A stretch of DNA of 64,000 bases, from positions 6,820,001-6,884,000 of the forward strand of contig OZ193909.1 of NCBI GenBank assembly GCA_964276515.1, given 5' to 3'. The DNA comes from Gordius albopunctatus (Eukaryota). Below, in pieces: positions 25,135 to 38,300 of this stretch. How positions within the stretch are numbered: position 1 is the first letter of the stretch; the number at the start of each line of letters is the position of its first letter. The translations under genes were made by a program, and so were the position numbers. The notes below the pieces were generated by a model. It saw only the letters and a list, made by a program, of their open reading frames with translations. It ran no database searches and had not been told where the DNA came from.

Positions 25135-27902
25135 AGATGGCCCGGCGGAAACCTTTAATCCTTTTACTTTGAATAACTCAAGAACTTTGATTAGGCACAT
25201 ATCGTGTTCTCCTCTATTTATACCAGTGACTAAAATGTCGTCTAAATAAAATATTATGCCGTCTAAATTATTAAAAATGAAATCCATTGTTTGTTGAAAA
25301 ACAGCAGCGGAAACGCTAAGCCGAAAGTTAATCTCTTGAATTTAAACAGTCCGGCATCAGTATTAATTACTAAAAGCCGTGATGACCTTTCGTCTACCTT
25401 AAGCTGCAAATACGCATTACCCAAATTAATTTTTGAAAAAGATTTAGCTCCCTGTAATTTAACGAATATTATTTCTAACCTCGGCAGCGGGTATTTTATT
25501 TCAATAATAAATCTATTAACTGTAACTCTATAGTCAGCACTAACGCGTACCGTTCCGTCAGGTTTCCTGACCGGTACTAAAGGTGTTGCCCATTCCAAAT
25601 AATCTATGGGTTTAATCACCTCGTCTTTGAGCTAACTTATAATTATAGAATCTACTTTATCTTTTATAATTAAAGGTAAGCGTCTAGCAGGACAAAATTT
25701 AGATATGGCGTTTGAATTTATTCTAATCGAGATAATTCTATTATTTACACAGCCCAAATTATTCTAAAAAATATCCGAAAATCTAGTCAAAATTAATGTA
25801 ATTTCTGCTGGCCATGTTGTGACGAGTTTTGTCTTTGTCCTCGGAACTGATTCATGGACAACTGATTTACTCGATGAAATCCCGCACTAAGAATCAGTTA
25901 TAAAATGGGGTGCTTCATGGCTACTGGACTCAGCGTCCCAGCTCTGTAAAGCACCACTGGGCAATCGCGATGCCACTATGGACTCAGCTTTAAAACTACA
26001 AATTCTATCTAAATTATCTGACTCACAAATTCCCCACCAATATAATTTAGGACCTATTACCTTTATCCAGGGCCATCTCATTATATTGTCCACATTCTCC
26101 TTGAGTATATATAACTCTAGATCAACCTTATAATTATTTACTGTTACTATTACCTTAGCTTTACCTAATACATTAATATAAGTATTGTTAACTTGTTAAG
26201 CTAAAAGATTTGCTGCCTTATATTTTCTTAGCCGCCAATATTTTTTAAAATTACGCTGACTTATTATTGAAATGGAAGCGCCCGTATCAATCAACATCTT
26301 AATATAAATATTATCAATATCAATCACCGCTGATGATGTATTTGATGCTTTGATCATATTGATCGAACCCTCGCGGCGCCATATCTCAATTTCAATGTGC
26401 GAAAACACTAGTCAATCATGCGCGGCTTGCCTATCAGCAACCGCGTCACCGTGACAGACATGCTTCGCACATCTATCAGCACCGTTATTATCGTATTGAT
26501 TCTGATAACTACAACAATTAGGTTTAAACGGATTCTGGTAATTGTTCTCATTACCTCGGTAACTGCTCGGAAAACCGCTATTTTTAGCATAAAAATTTGG
26601 AGCCCTATAATAATTGTCATTTCTGTTTATGTAACTACTGCGGTAATTGAAATCGGGATTATTAATATCTCTCCCATAATTATAATTAGGTCTATTTTAT
26701 AGATAGTCAACACTTTTATGACCTATCTTATGGCACTGATAACACCGCATTGTTTTTAAAACAAATACCTTCTCAACTCTCCTAACTTTATAGAGAATAT
26801 AGATTAATATCAATCCGCGCATAGATAATTGAAAAAATTAATAACGACTGAGGGTTGTGAAGAACGAAAGAACATTATTAAAATAAAATGACGAAATTTC
26901 TTTTTATTTTTTCAATTATTTATCTTTCAAATTGAAAAACGCTAAATGAGCCATTTTTAATTGAATCAACCTAAATGCTAGCAATATATGTATATGTAAA
27001 TAATTGAATGTACACACTTTATTAATATTCCATCAAAATTCATGTAAAAAGAGATGTATATATTATAGTAAATATTTTTTTCTATTCTAAAGTGTTCAAA
27101 ATTAAACTTAATTAAACGCGTGCAATTATTTTAGCCTGTAATATACTCATTTAATTGATAATACCCTTTTATCGCGCCAAAATTTTTTTAAAAATAAATC
27201 AATCAATATATATCTGAATTAAATTGTTGCACTTAACATTTTAATTAAAAAAATCCTAAACGAAGCAAATGTTATATAAATGTAACAAAATAGAACTATA
27301 ATTATAATTAGAGAAAATAGATGCATCACGTAAGTTTTATTTACCTTTTTTTTCTCTTTGTAGATTTTATTTTGCCTTCTGTATAGGATTGTTTCGCCGC
27401 CGGCTTTTGATAATCTTGGTTCCGAACTTCTCACTTTCCTTAGATGGGGAAAATTGATACGAAGTGTTTTATTTCCTGAGTGGGTGGGTAAGTTCTGACA
27501 CCACTGATGCCCCGGCGGAAACCTTTAATGTGTTTTGTAAATAGATATGTTTTATTGAAACTAACCGTAACAATCTCGGAATAATTCTTTTTTATAATTG
27601 AGGATGATTCTTTTTTTAACAAATTGAAAAATATGATGAATACCCCCTTTTTTTTACCAATAATACGACGATAAAAAAAGTAATAATAATAATGAATGAA
27701 TGCGCTTTTTAAAAGATAAAAAATGACTATGATTCGTAGCTGATTGTTTTATTTCTTACTCTAGCCTTTTAATAGCTTTTTAAATGCTAGTTTAACTCGC
27801 GATATCTAAAAACAAAAATACCACGGTTACTCGGCACAAACCAGAGTACCAGCGCTATAAAAATCTCGTGAAACTTGGGCCAAAAACGAAGGGAACACCA
27901 CA
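25135..27902 (-). mobile_element. Degenerate Ty3/gypsy retrotransposon with atypical gag region (copy 1)
   Basis: Putative 5' LTR 27902-27505 (TGTGGTGTTCCC...ATTAAAGGTTTCCGCCGGGGCATCA). PBS TGGTGTCAGAA at 27503-27493. Knuckle CYQCHKIGH at ~26720-26745; protease LIDTGASISII; RT WATPLVPVRKPDG, YPLPR, YLDD. RT is fused to a copy of the LTR 3' end at 25135-25159. No TSD found. Confidence 0.85.
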
Positions 27903-28309
27903 GCCTTTGATGGTTTATTTTTATCGTACTTATTTTCTTATTCCATATAATTCAATTCTACTAAAAATTTCTCACAACTGTTAGTATATTTAACCTATAA
28001 TGTCAAGATCATCGAAAATATCAATATTTAAAAAAAAAATAATAATATAAACCAAGGTTGAGAAAATGGCTAGAAACTTATTTGAGATATAAAGAATCAA
28101 AAGAATATTTTTAGTTTTGGGCAGATTACAAGAGATAAATCCTGACTTAGCTACAAAAGTTAAAACTAAGAATAGGTCTATTTCAATCGAATAATTCTAC
28201 TTTGTCTAGTTACAACTTACAAGGCTGCTGATATTAGTATTAAAAATAATTGAAATCTTGCGCCATTCTGGGGAAAGTAGCTAACGACAATTAGATTTTA
28301 CGATGACAC

Positions 28310-28696
28310 CATGGGCGTAGCCAGCTTTCGGATCAGGGGGGGGGGCGAGCAAAAAAAATCGCCGAGACTAAGTGAGAGCAAAAAAAAAAAAGTCGCCAAG
28401 ACCTTTTTTGGTATTTAACGTTAGTAATCAACAGTACAGTGTACAGAGGATATGTAAACGATGTATGAAGGAACTAACACAAACGCAACTACTAATCTCA
28501 ATATTTAATTCTTATATAATTTGAATTTGCGTCAAAAGGTCGTGAAAAAAATTTTTCAACATAAAACTTAATTTCAATCAGGGGGGGGGGGCGAAACACT
28601 AATTTTTTCCAATTTTTACATAAATTTACATAAAAAAATAGAAAAATTCTCATTCAGGGGGGGGGGCGGCCGCCCCCCCCCCTGCCTACGCCCATG
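28310..28696. mobile_element. CATGGGCGTAGCC-family hAT-type MITE (387 bp)
   Basis: TIR catgggcgtagccag ... ctgcctacgcccatg. Perfect 8-bp TSD GATGACAC (28302-28309, 28697-28704). Confidence 0.9.
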
Positions 28697-29824
28697 GATG
28701 ACACCAAAATTAAATGGTCAAAAATTTAGCATAAAATAAAAATCTCAGAGATGACCCCTTAAGGTGTTTTTAATATATCGCTTGAAATCTGAATGCCTAT
28801 ATTTTATATATAAACTACAGGCGAAATAGCGGGCCATAAGTTTCTATCTAAACTGGCACAAAACATAAGTCAGAGTATTAAAATTTCTAAGAATAATAAA
28901 TAATAGAGATAAATACTCATATAAAGCAAGGCTTGTGAAATATGTTAATACGTCAATGGGACTACTATCATTTGTATAAATTTAAAAATTGTCTATAAAT
29001 GTGTAATAGACAACATTTTAATTTTAAAATTCTTATATTTCAAAATTAATAATTCAAACATTTCATTTTAATATAAGTTTTTGAAATAATGAACTTTATC
29101 CATTTATTTTAGATACAGAGAGACTAGACCTTTCATGTCGATAAGTTAGTGCTCAATAAACTATCTTTCACATGTCTTAAATTATATTCATCCCATCACG
29201 AATAGTACTTCTAAAGATCAGAAATGGCTGCTTTTTATTTATCTTCAAAAGAGATTTTGTGCTAAGATATTTCTCATGATTGATCATACGGTTTGGGTGA
29301 CATATGTTTTACTATTATTTTAATAGTATTTGTGGCTCTGTAGTATTGTAAAATTTCTTTTATTCGCCCCTAGCCTAGCTAAATGTTTTATTTTTATTTT
29401 AACCGCGTCCAAATATTTTACTTTTTGGTCTAACCCCACGTTCAATTAAACATGATAAGGCTATGCCTCACACAATACACTAGACTTGAATGCGATCATT
29501 TATATATATTTAAAAAAATTAACACAATGTTTATTAATACATAAAAACTTAATTCAATCTTTACATCCATAGAGTAAGACATGATTCTATAAAAATAAAT
29601 GAATAACAATTGTACAAAATATAAATTAAATTGATCGATGATTAATGTGTTTCTTAAAATATGATATGACATTTTAAACATCTTAAAAATAAAGAATGAA
29701 TACAAATAATATTGTGATAAAATAAATATAAGGTTGCGATTGATTGATCACATATTCTCAAAAGCTGAACTTACATTTTTTTAAAAAGACAACAATTCAT
29801 ATTAGGTGTGTTAAAAAAACTTAC

Positions 29825-32755
29825 TCAATTAATTTTCTTGTAATCTTTGGTATAAAGAGTTAACTTAGCAAGGTTTCTAAATGGGATTTCGATAAATAAA
29901 GTAGGTAAAAAAGCTAAAACGTATGATAAAATAGAGAAGTTCATAAAAAACAGAAAAGAAGTAATTGAGGTTGAATAATTTGGGGTCCTGAGTTGCCTGT
30001 AAATAATTTGCATTAAAAGTGGATGGATAAGGTACGTAGCATAATTTAAATTGCTGAACGGTATCCAAATGGATGAAGATAATACTTTTCTAAATACACT
30101 ATATTTTGGATCACCCATGAGTATTTGGTCAATAAAAAGGTAGAGGATTAAACTCCAAACAGGCCTATAAAGGGATGTGATTACTGTGCCTACTAAGACC
30201 GATAAAAAAGGCAGAGGGACGATGGTCTTGTTAAATACCCTAAAGCATAAAAATATCCTTTATAAATGAGAAATTATAGTAAATATATATAAATGAACCT
30301 CCAAAAAAACAACATTCTCAATATTATTATTAATAATAATTAATTTTGATATTCTTATTGTATACTTGATCAAGGCTGACCAAACAAAACTGGGCATGAA
30401 TATTGAGAAAGCTATGGCAAGTAGGATAAAATTTGTTTGTTTAATTTTAAAATAAGTTGATGATTTTGAATGGTCTAAAGTGAGATGACTCTCTAGAAGA
30501 GGAGGACTATTTTTTGGAGGTTTAGCGATGTAATGCTCGCAACCAAGTAGTAGGCCCATTAAAAATGGCACCATCCGGACATGAGGTTTGATGTAAAATT
30601 TTTCAAAAAAATCGGGCATAATAATTCCATTCTGTTTCGCCATAGAACTAAAAAATATATTAATAAACCAAAAATTAGCGATTAAAATAACGCATAAAGC
30701 TATATATTGTACTTTCAATCCATTGTTATATAATTCTTTGTATAGAATATTAGTCTATTTATAGTCTAAAATAATTTTTATTTTGTCTAATACAATACAT
30801 GATCCCATTTTATACTAGATTGTTATAAGACAACTTTTTACGTTATCAAGCGCTAAACTAATAATAACCATTATTGGTAAGATATAAAATTAACATTTAG
30901 GTACTAAAGTTACATTTTTAAAAATAAAAAACAAATGAAAATTCTTATGAAAAGAAACGAACCTCAAACCAACTATTCAAATTACAAAAACTATTTTCTA
31001 ACACAATTCATGTTGATCCTTAAATTATAGTATCATATAAAAGTTATAATATAAAGGTAATTCAAAATGTTTCTTAACACTAAATTAATGGCAATAATTT
31101 TACTTATAACCATTCCTATAACTCAGGAATAAGTTGCAGCACACGGTGGAGGTTATGGTTAAAATCAAGGCTCCACGCGCTCTATCGGTGTTGCGGGCAA
31201 ATATTCTCACAAAAATTGGCACCAGGATTATATGATATTGGAAATCGGCTGCGATGTACCATGTCCAAGGGGTGCATAATTTTTTGCAGCTAACCACGTT
31301 ATTAAGAAAAAGAAAGTTTGTCCACCAATGTGTCTGACACGGGGGATACAGGCCACCCATGTTAGGAGCAGGCCAAAATGGACCAGAGCCCATATATGGG
31401 GCTAGGAATATTATGAAAATTAATAAACTTTGGTATAGCGGGGTAAGTCTGGCTATTCTATTGAGAGCGTATTTGAACCAAGGCTTGATAATGGTCTTGC
31501 CATAAGCTAATTCATGGGGCACTGTAGCTGCAGCCAAAAAACCGGACACGAATAAAAATACATCAACCGTTATAAAGCCGAAATAGAGAAATGAGAGGAT
31601 CGATGATAACGGGTCTTGGAAATGATTTTCTTGCCCCTTAGAATCTATATTAGCATCAGCTGTATTACGAACGTAATGCAGGCCGAACCCAAAAGTATGA
31701 CCTTTAATAATGTGAATCATGCACAAAACGCGAATGCCATAAAATATGTCCAACTTCCATGACATTCGTTGTCTTTCGCCCTTTAAAGCATCGCCCTTTA
31801 AAGCAAGGGAGTCAAAGGTACCACTCCAAAATTCGAAACACCTAGAACCAAAAAGAATGCTTAAATTTTTGATCGGCGAAAAACAGTCAATTAATCTTTC
31901 ATATTTAGGATTAGAACGAAATATATCGATGAGTCTCATATCTACGGCCAATCCGAATAGGGCTAACGCTATAAAAATTGCAAAATAGCTTATAGCTATT
32001 GTCAAACTTGTCTTTTTATTCCTTTTCTCCTTGGTTATATCCTTTTCGGTGTAGCTTAAATTGTTGCGAAAATAATGATACCCGATCGCCGTGATTTCTC
32101 CGTTCGCCCCCTTATAACTGCAAACTACCTCATCTACTTTGAGTAATTTCGCATTTTTCATGAGGTGCGTAAAATCTTGTAGAACTTTAACGTGACATTC
32201 TGTGAGCATGGATAGGGCCATATAAGTGATGGCAAGCGCGTCGATAGGGTTACAGGTTGAGGGCAGGCACCAGCCCTGATAATAATTGATACTGGGTATG
32301 GAGGGGGGTAAGGGGAAATTTTCTTTCATCGCTAGCAATTGTTCGCTGTAAAACTTTCCATATAGGATCGGACTTATATCAACCATTGATGTACAATACG
32401 TCGTTGAGTCTCCTCCTTGATTGAGGAGACATGCGTCGTAGGATCCTAAGGCAAAGAAATTGCCGGAATTTAAAGATTCCGGTGGAAAATGACCGCTAAA
32501 ATCGACTAATTTAGGGTTTTGTAATTGAAGAATTGATTCTAAACAGGCTTTAGATACGGCATGGCGCGAACCTTTACCTGATTCGACTTGACAACTTGAC
32601 TTAATCGTTGCTGTCTGGAGTGGGAATAAATATTTTGCAATAGCCTCGATTAAAATATCGTTAAAATTATCCTGATTTCTTGATATGAGCCGATTTGATG
32701 AAAATTTTAAAAACGTAAAAAAACTAAATAATAGGAATAAAAAATTGGTACTCAT
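29825..32755 (-). CDS. nrf-6: NRF-6-like acyltransferase-3 protein, paralogue B, ~782 aa; orthology not established
   Basis: Exons 32755-31104, 30647-30366 and 30239-29825, with two phase-2 GT-AG introns (2349 nt). Motifs GNFFALGSYDACL, GWCLPSTC, GIRVLCMIHIIKGH, VDVFLFVSG, RIAR, WTWYIAADFQ, YIKPHVR, SNLNYATYLIHP, FIEIP. Confidence 0.9.
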
Positions 32756-33135
32756 TTAATTTTATAGGTTCGGCCCGTTAAGTTAAATTAAAATACTAAT
32801 AGGTTTAAAATGTAAAAAACACTGCGGTGCCGATAGGCTTTTTGTCCTCATTCGCACAAGGTTCAATCAAGTTTATGTAAAGTAAAGCTTGTCATGTGTG
32901 TTTACTATGTGAAATGTGTAAAGCGCCATTACAATTAACCTGGTATAATTCAAATAAATAAAAATGGCGCGTCAATTTATCATGTTAAGCAACCATAACT
33001 GTGTTTATTATGAGTAGCAGCTTAATTAACTACCCTCATTTATCATCGAGACAGGGTGGTGGATATTCTAATATGCTCTGCAAAAGACATTATTTAATTT
33101 TCATGTTATTCACGGGCAAAGTCTCTATACTTGGA

Positions 33136-33286
33136 CATGGGTGTAGCCAGACTTTGGATTATAGGGGGGCGGGACGTTTAAAAGTTCAATTAGGGGGTGG
33201 GGGGCAAACATAATTTTTTTTAATTTTTAAGGGTTCCTAGATTAAAAAATTTTTTTGTTCATGCCCCCCCCCTGGCTACACTCATG
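33136..33286. mobile_element. CATGGGCGTAGCC-family MITE
   Basis: Termini catgggtgtagccag ... ctggctacactcatg. 8-bp TSD TACTTGGA/TACTTAGA (1 mismatch). Confidence 0.85.
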
Positions 33287-33755
33287 TACTTAGATGATAC
33301 ATTACTGGTAGTTGTAATTATGCATCGTTTGTGAAATATCATAACGTGCACGATATACTGATTCCGGGCATATAAAGGGTACGAATTCATCTCCACAAGT
33401 GATTTACATTACTAATAGGTATTTTGGTCCCAAACCCTTTAGTCAATAAAATTATCGTGTTTTATGGATTAAGAAATAAAGCTTGCACGCATGGGCGTAG
33501 CGAGCATGGGAATTAGAGGGGGTGGGGGCAATAATGATTTAAGGAGGGGCAAAATGATCATTTTTTCAAATGTTAGACATAATTTTAATAAACCATGCTT
33601 GCACCGGTTACTATTAAGTTTTCTCTAAAAATACCGAATGAAAAAATACGAAATAACCACTTAGTTCTAGATGACTTATTTTCTTTTTCAAAATATTAAA
33701 GAAAACTTAAATAGAGTTTCCATATTTTAATTTAGAAATTTTTATTCTGATTATA

Positions 33756-33912
33756 CATGGGCTTAGCCAGGATAGGATTTATGATTTAAGGGGTGGGGGG
33801 GGGCAAAGTTATGTTTAAAGTATTTTTAGCCATAACTAAATTAAATTTTGAAGAATTTTTGGATTTAAAGGGCGCAGCTGCCCCTTCCTGCCAACCCCTG
33901 GCTACGTCCATG
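33756..33912. mobile_element. CATGGGCGTAGCC-family MITE
   Basis: Termini catgggcttagccagg ... cctggctacgtccatg. Perfect 8-bp TSD TGATTATA. Confidence 0.9.
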
Positions 33913-35357
33913 TGATTATATATAAGTTAAGCCGACGTCGATTAAAATGAAATTTAATAGAGCCTTTAGACAGAGATTTATCCATAAAACAAGATGTATA
34001 CATTAGCTTATAAGAGGAAGATAAGATTTTTCGGAGCTAAATGCATAAATTACCTTCATTTAACATTATATAGGTACATTCACACTTTTTTCGGTCGATT
34101 ATTACAATTTTAACATAAATTTCGTTTGATAACAATTTTAAAAATTTAAACATATCACATTAATTAATTATAATTTTTTAAATAATAAACTAGTTTATTT
34201 ACAAACAAAATATGTATTTATCGTGTATCCCTCCCCCACTACTTACCGTGGAATTTTTATAAATTTTATATATTCATACATAAGCCGACATATCTGAATT
34301 GAGTTGGCTCCTCGGGGACAAAATCTGAAATAAAAGATGTTCCAAGAAGAAAAAAATAAACAGATATAATTTTGAAAAATTCCCAACTTCCTAATAAATA
34401 CTGTAATTCTGCCTACATTCAGATCAATATGAGAAAAATTTTTCCTAAATTCCCGCCACGTTGTAAAATTATTTTTTTTTTGATTTTTGAGATTTTAAAA
34501 CTTTGAAAAATGATATTTCTGATTTATTTTAGACTCAATTTTAAATAGTTTATTTTATCCCGTAAAACCTAAATCAGGTGTAAGAATAAATGATGATTTA
34601 ACAGTGACTTTTTAAAGATTTGGTTACCATAAATCCTATATATTTGTTTATAAAGCAAATGTATATCCACTACATTAGAATGTGTCATCGTTTATAACAG
34701 TTGTCAATGTAAGTATGTTTTCGCTGATGGCTATCAATATCGTGGTCTTCATTGATCACTTGCTGTCGCGCAAAATGACTTTGGTTTATGAAACTTTAGG
34801 AATGCACATATGGAGTTATTGTATGCTTCCTTCCAAGGCATAAGACGTCTGAAAGGGAATCCATAAAAATGTATTATACAAAAAAATTAAATATCAACAA
34901 ATTTGTGTGATACAAATGTGTCGAACCAAATAAAATCAAGATTTTTCAAAAATCATCTTTTATGAAGTTAAATATTTTGTTTTGAATTAATGTAAGTTAG
35001 GGCTAGATGCATTTTAACTGAGACAATTTATAGATTAGCCTTCTTGATAATAGAACTCTCGAAGAAGGCCTTTAAAGTCCTGCCAATTGTTGTTAGTGTT
35101 CATTAAAGTAATAGTGTTGTCCTTTGATGTGGGGCACGTTTATTTAGTCGAGAATTGACAATTCACCCTTATACTATAACTATTAATAATGGTCATAGTG
35201 ACAGCTGGTCAATGACAAACGTTGGAATGAGACATGTTAGCAAATGTTGTTTAATTTGCGGGTAAATGTGTTCTTTTTGATAATATAATTTTAATTATCT
35301 TATTGAAAACTTTTACACTTTAAATCACCTCTATTTACATTATTCTTTGATAGCTCG

Positions 35358-38300
35358 ATGGATTTAATCCGAATTTTAACTTTATTATTATTAATTTCGT
35401 TCGAGAAAGGGATCCAACTCCCAAATGATCCAATTTCTGACGTGGCAATAATGTCATTAATCCCCTCGCTAAAAATTTCTAATTTCGATGGCGATTCACT
35501 ACACAACAACATATCTTTCATTCCAATATCAAAAGAATGTCGATCTGCTATGATTCAGTATAGTGTGGCCTTGCACGAAAAACAGTCTTGGGCTTTGAGA
35601 ATGTGGGATGCTTCGGGAAAATATCCCGTAGCGGGAGCTAGGGAAGGTAATTTTTTTGCCTTAGGATCGTATGATCAATGCTTAATACACGCGTCTCCCA
35701 CAAAATCTACTTACTGCTCAATCGCCATTGCTAGCCACAGCTTAGTTTTCGACCAGCTAGACGGTTACACGCCCGACATTATAAAGGGTTTCAAAAGTCT
35801 CGCTCCCTTTTTCGGGACCATGCCGGGAACGGTATTTAGAATAGGTTGGTGCCTTCCATCGGACTGCAGCCCCGTGGACGTGGAAATTGTGCTTAAACCC
35901 ATTTTGAAATTACTGGTCCGTAATGATTTAATGCAAATACCCTTAACTAATTCCATAGACAATGCCAGTCAATATGATAGTTTAACGGTCGATCAAGTTA
36001 TATGCACGGGTATAGAGGGTATTCCCATCGATAAACATATGTTTGAATCCACGCTGGAAGAAGGATATACTTTAAAAAAGGCTAAATACATCGACAACAA
36101 AAAAAGAGAAATTAAACTGCAATTTTGGGTAGCTACTTCATTTTTAGTCATAATTTTTGCGGTCGTAATTTTAGCCCATTTTATTTGCGAAAGAAGGATT
36201 GAGGCACAAAATGAAGCCAATTTAGTATTTCGGCTGTTGGATTGCTTTTCTTTGGGCAAAAACTTTAAAAAACTCCTCCACGGAACGGAAGAGAGTAAAA
36301 ATGGATCCTTAAAAGCCACAATATCAAACTGGTATAGCAATGGCAAACATGCTCAAGTAAAAGGCTTTTACTCGTACGAAAATATTTTGGAATATAAACC
36401 GTTGAATATATTGTACGGCATTAGAGTTATGAGCATGGTCCACGTCATATTAGCTCACACGTACGTTTTGTCCATATTCGTCATTCGGAACCTAGGCGAA
36501 GTCCTTGGTCCGACCATGTTCCAAGACTCTTTCATAGTTTTTTTATTTTCTGGTTTTTTTGCAGTGGATACCTTCTTTTTCCTTTCCGGCTTTTTGTGCG
36601 TCATGAATACCAATCCTATCAAGGATGAAAAAACTAACGGTCATCTATTCGAGGGGAACGGACACTACGATTCAAGGGAAAAAAATGGATTTACAAAGCC
36701 ATCTAGCTCAAATGTAAAAGCTATAGTCTCGGGCGACTCCGAAATTCCCCTAAAAAACTTTCAAGTTAACGGGTCAATTTCAAAGTGCGAGGACAAACGT
36801 GTTTCTGCGGGTGGCAAAATTATGGACATAACGGCTACATACTTATATCGTTATGTAAGGTTAACCCCGATGTACATAGCTCTAATATTGTGTGATACCT
36901 ATATATTGCCTCATTTATTCGGACGCTCCGGGGGCCCGCTTAAAGCCATTTCTGATGGCAACCAAGTGAATTGCAAAGCCATGTGGTGGACAAACCTTCT
37001 TTACATCAACAATTTAGTAGGGGAGCGACGCATGTGTGGACTCTGGACTTGGTATCTTGCAAACGATGTTCAATTCCATCTTTTAGTTCCATTTTTATTG
37101 GCACCGTGGACTACAGGAACTAAATGCCTTAGGGTTAGACGATTCATCCTGATCATGGTATTGAACGTTTCGGTATGCTGCAGCTTCGCCATTAGCCTCA
37201 ACCGTGGTTACAGGTTAAAAATGTCCTAATTCATAAACAATTAAATTTAAGCAAGGATTCAGGTTTGGCTTTAAACAGGCAGTAACTAACCTTTTAATTT
37301 TGCTCCCCATTTTTGAGTCATATTACAAGTTTTATTTAAGCAGTGGCGTAGGCAGTATTGCCTTAAGGGGGGTTTTTAAAAAAATTTGATAAATATTACT
37401 ATTAAACAAAAATTAAGAGTATATAAATCGTAGGTATGTTCGCTCAAAGGGGGGGGGGGTTAATTATATAAAAAAATTCGATAATTAATTATACATTTAA
37501 TATCTTCGATGCTTTTTTTTGATAAAAACTGCCTGAATACTATTGAGTATTGTGTTTGTAGAAAAAACCTTAACAGTAAAATTATTTAAATTGTGTGACA
37601 CGCACTTTGCAAAGGGCTCCTTTCACTTTTTGGGGAATATGACAACCAGAGCCAAACTAGAGACATGCACAGGCTTTTTTGGCTTAATTGGCCCACCAGA
37701 AAAACTCGGGTCCGCCCGTGCTCGTTGAGATTAAATTATAGGCCCGGACCTTTATTTAAACCTTATTTAAAAATAAAAACCTTCGGGATCACTATTTTTA
37801 AAAACACAAGTTCTATGAATAAATGATGACTAAAATTGATTAATTCACAGCTGTAAAAATTGATTAAATCACAACCGTAAAAATTGAATAAATATAAAAT
37901 TATGTAAACATCATATAAAACACAATATTTTTTACATTATAATACAAAAATAAAATTATTATTCATATAAATTTATTGGTCGGGCAGGGATCAAGAAGCA
38001 GCCTATCCATGCCCGGCACGTTTATAGACCATCCGCGGGGATTTATAATTTTAACTTTGCCGATGCCAATTATATTTGCTTTATAAATAGTTGGCTATGT
38101 CATGAAATCCAAAAGTAGACTTTATAATCCATCTAACAAACCATGAGGATTATTTCATAGTTAAATTTGATCATAAATCTCTGCTATAGAATTAGCACAC
38201 TAAGTTTCTAATTAAACGATTATTTAAAGTAACATAAGTCTAAAAATAAAACATGCAAAAGGTTTTGTAAAGTTATTATTTAATAGTATTGATTATAATT

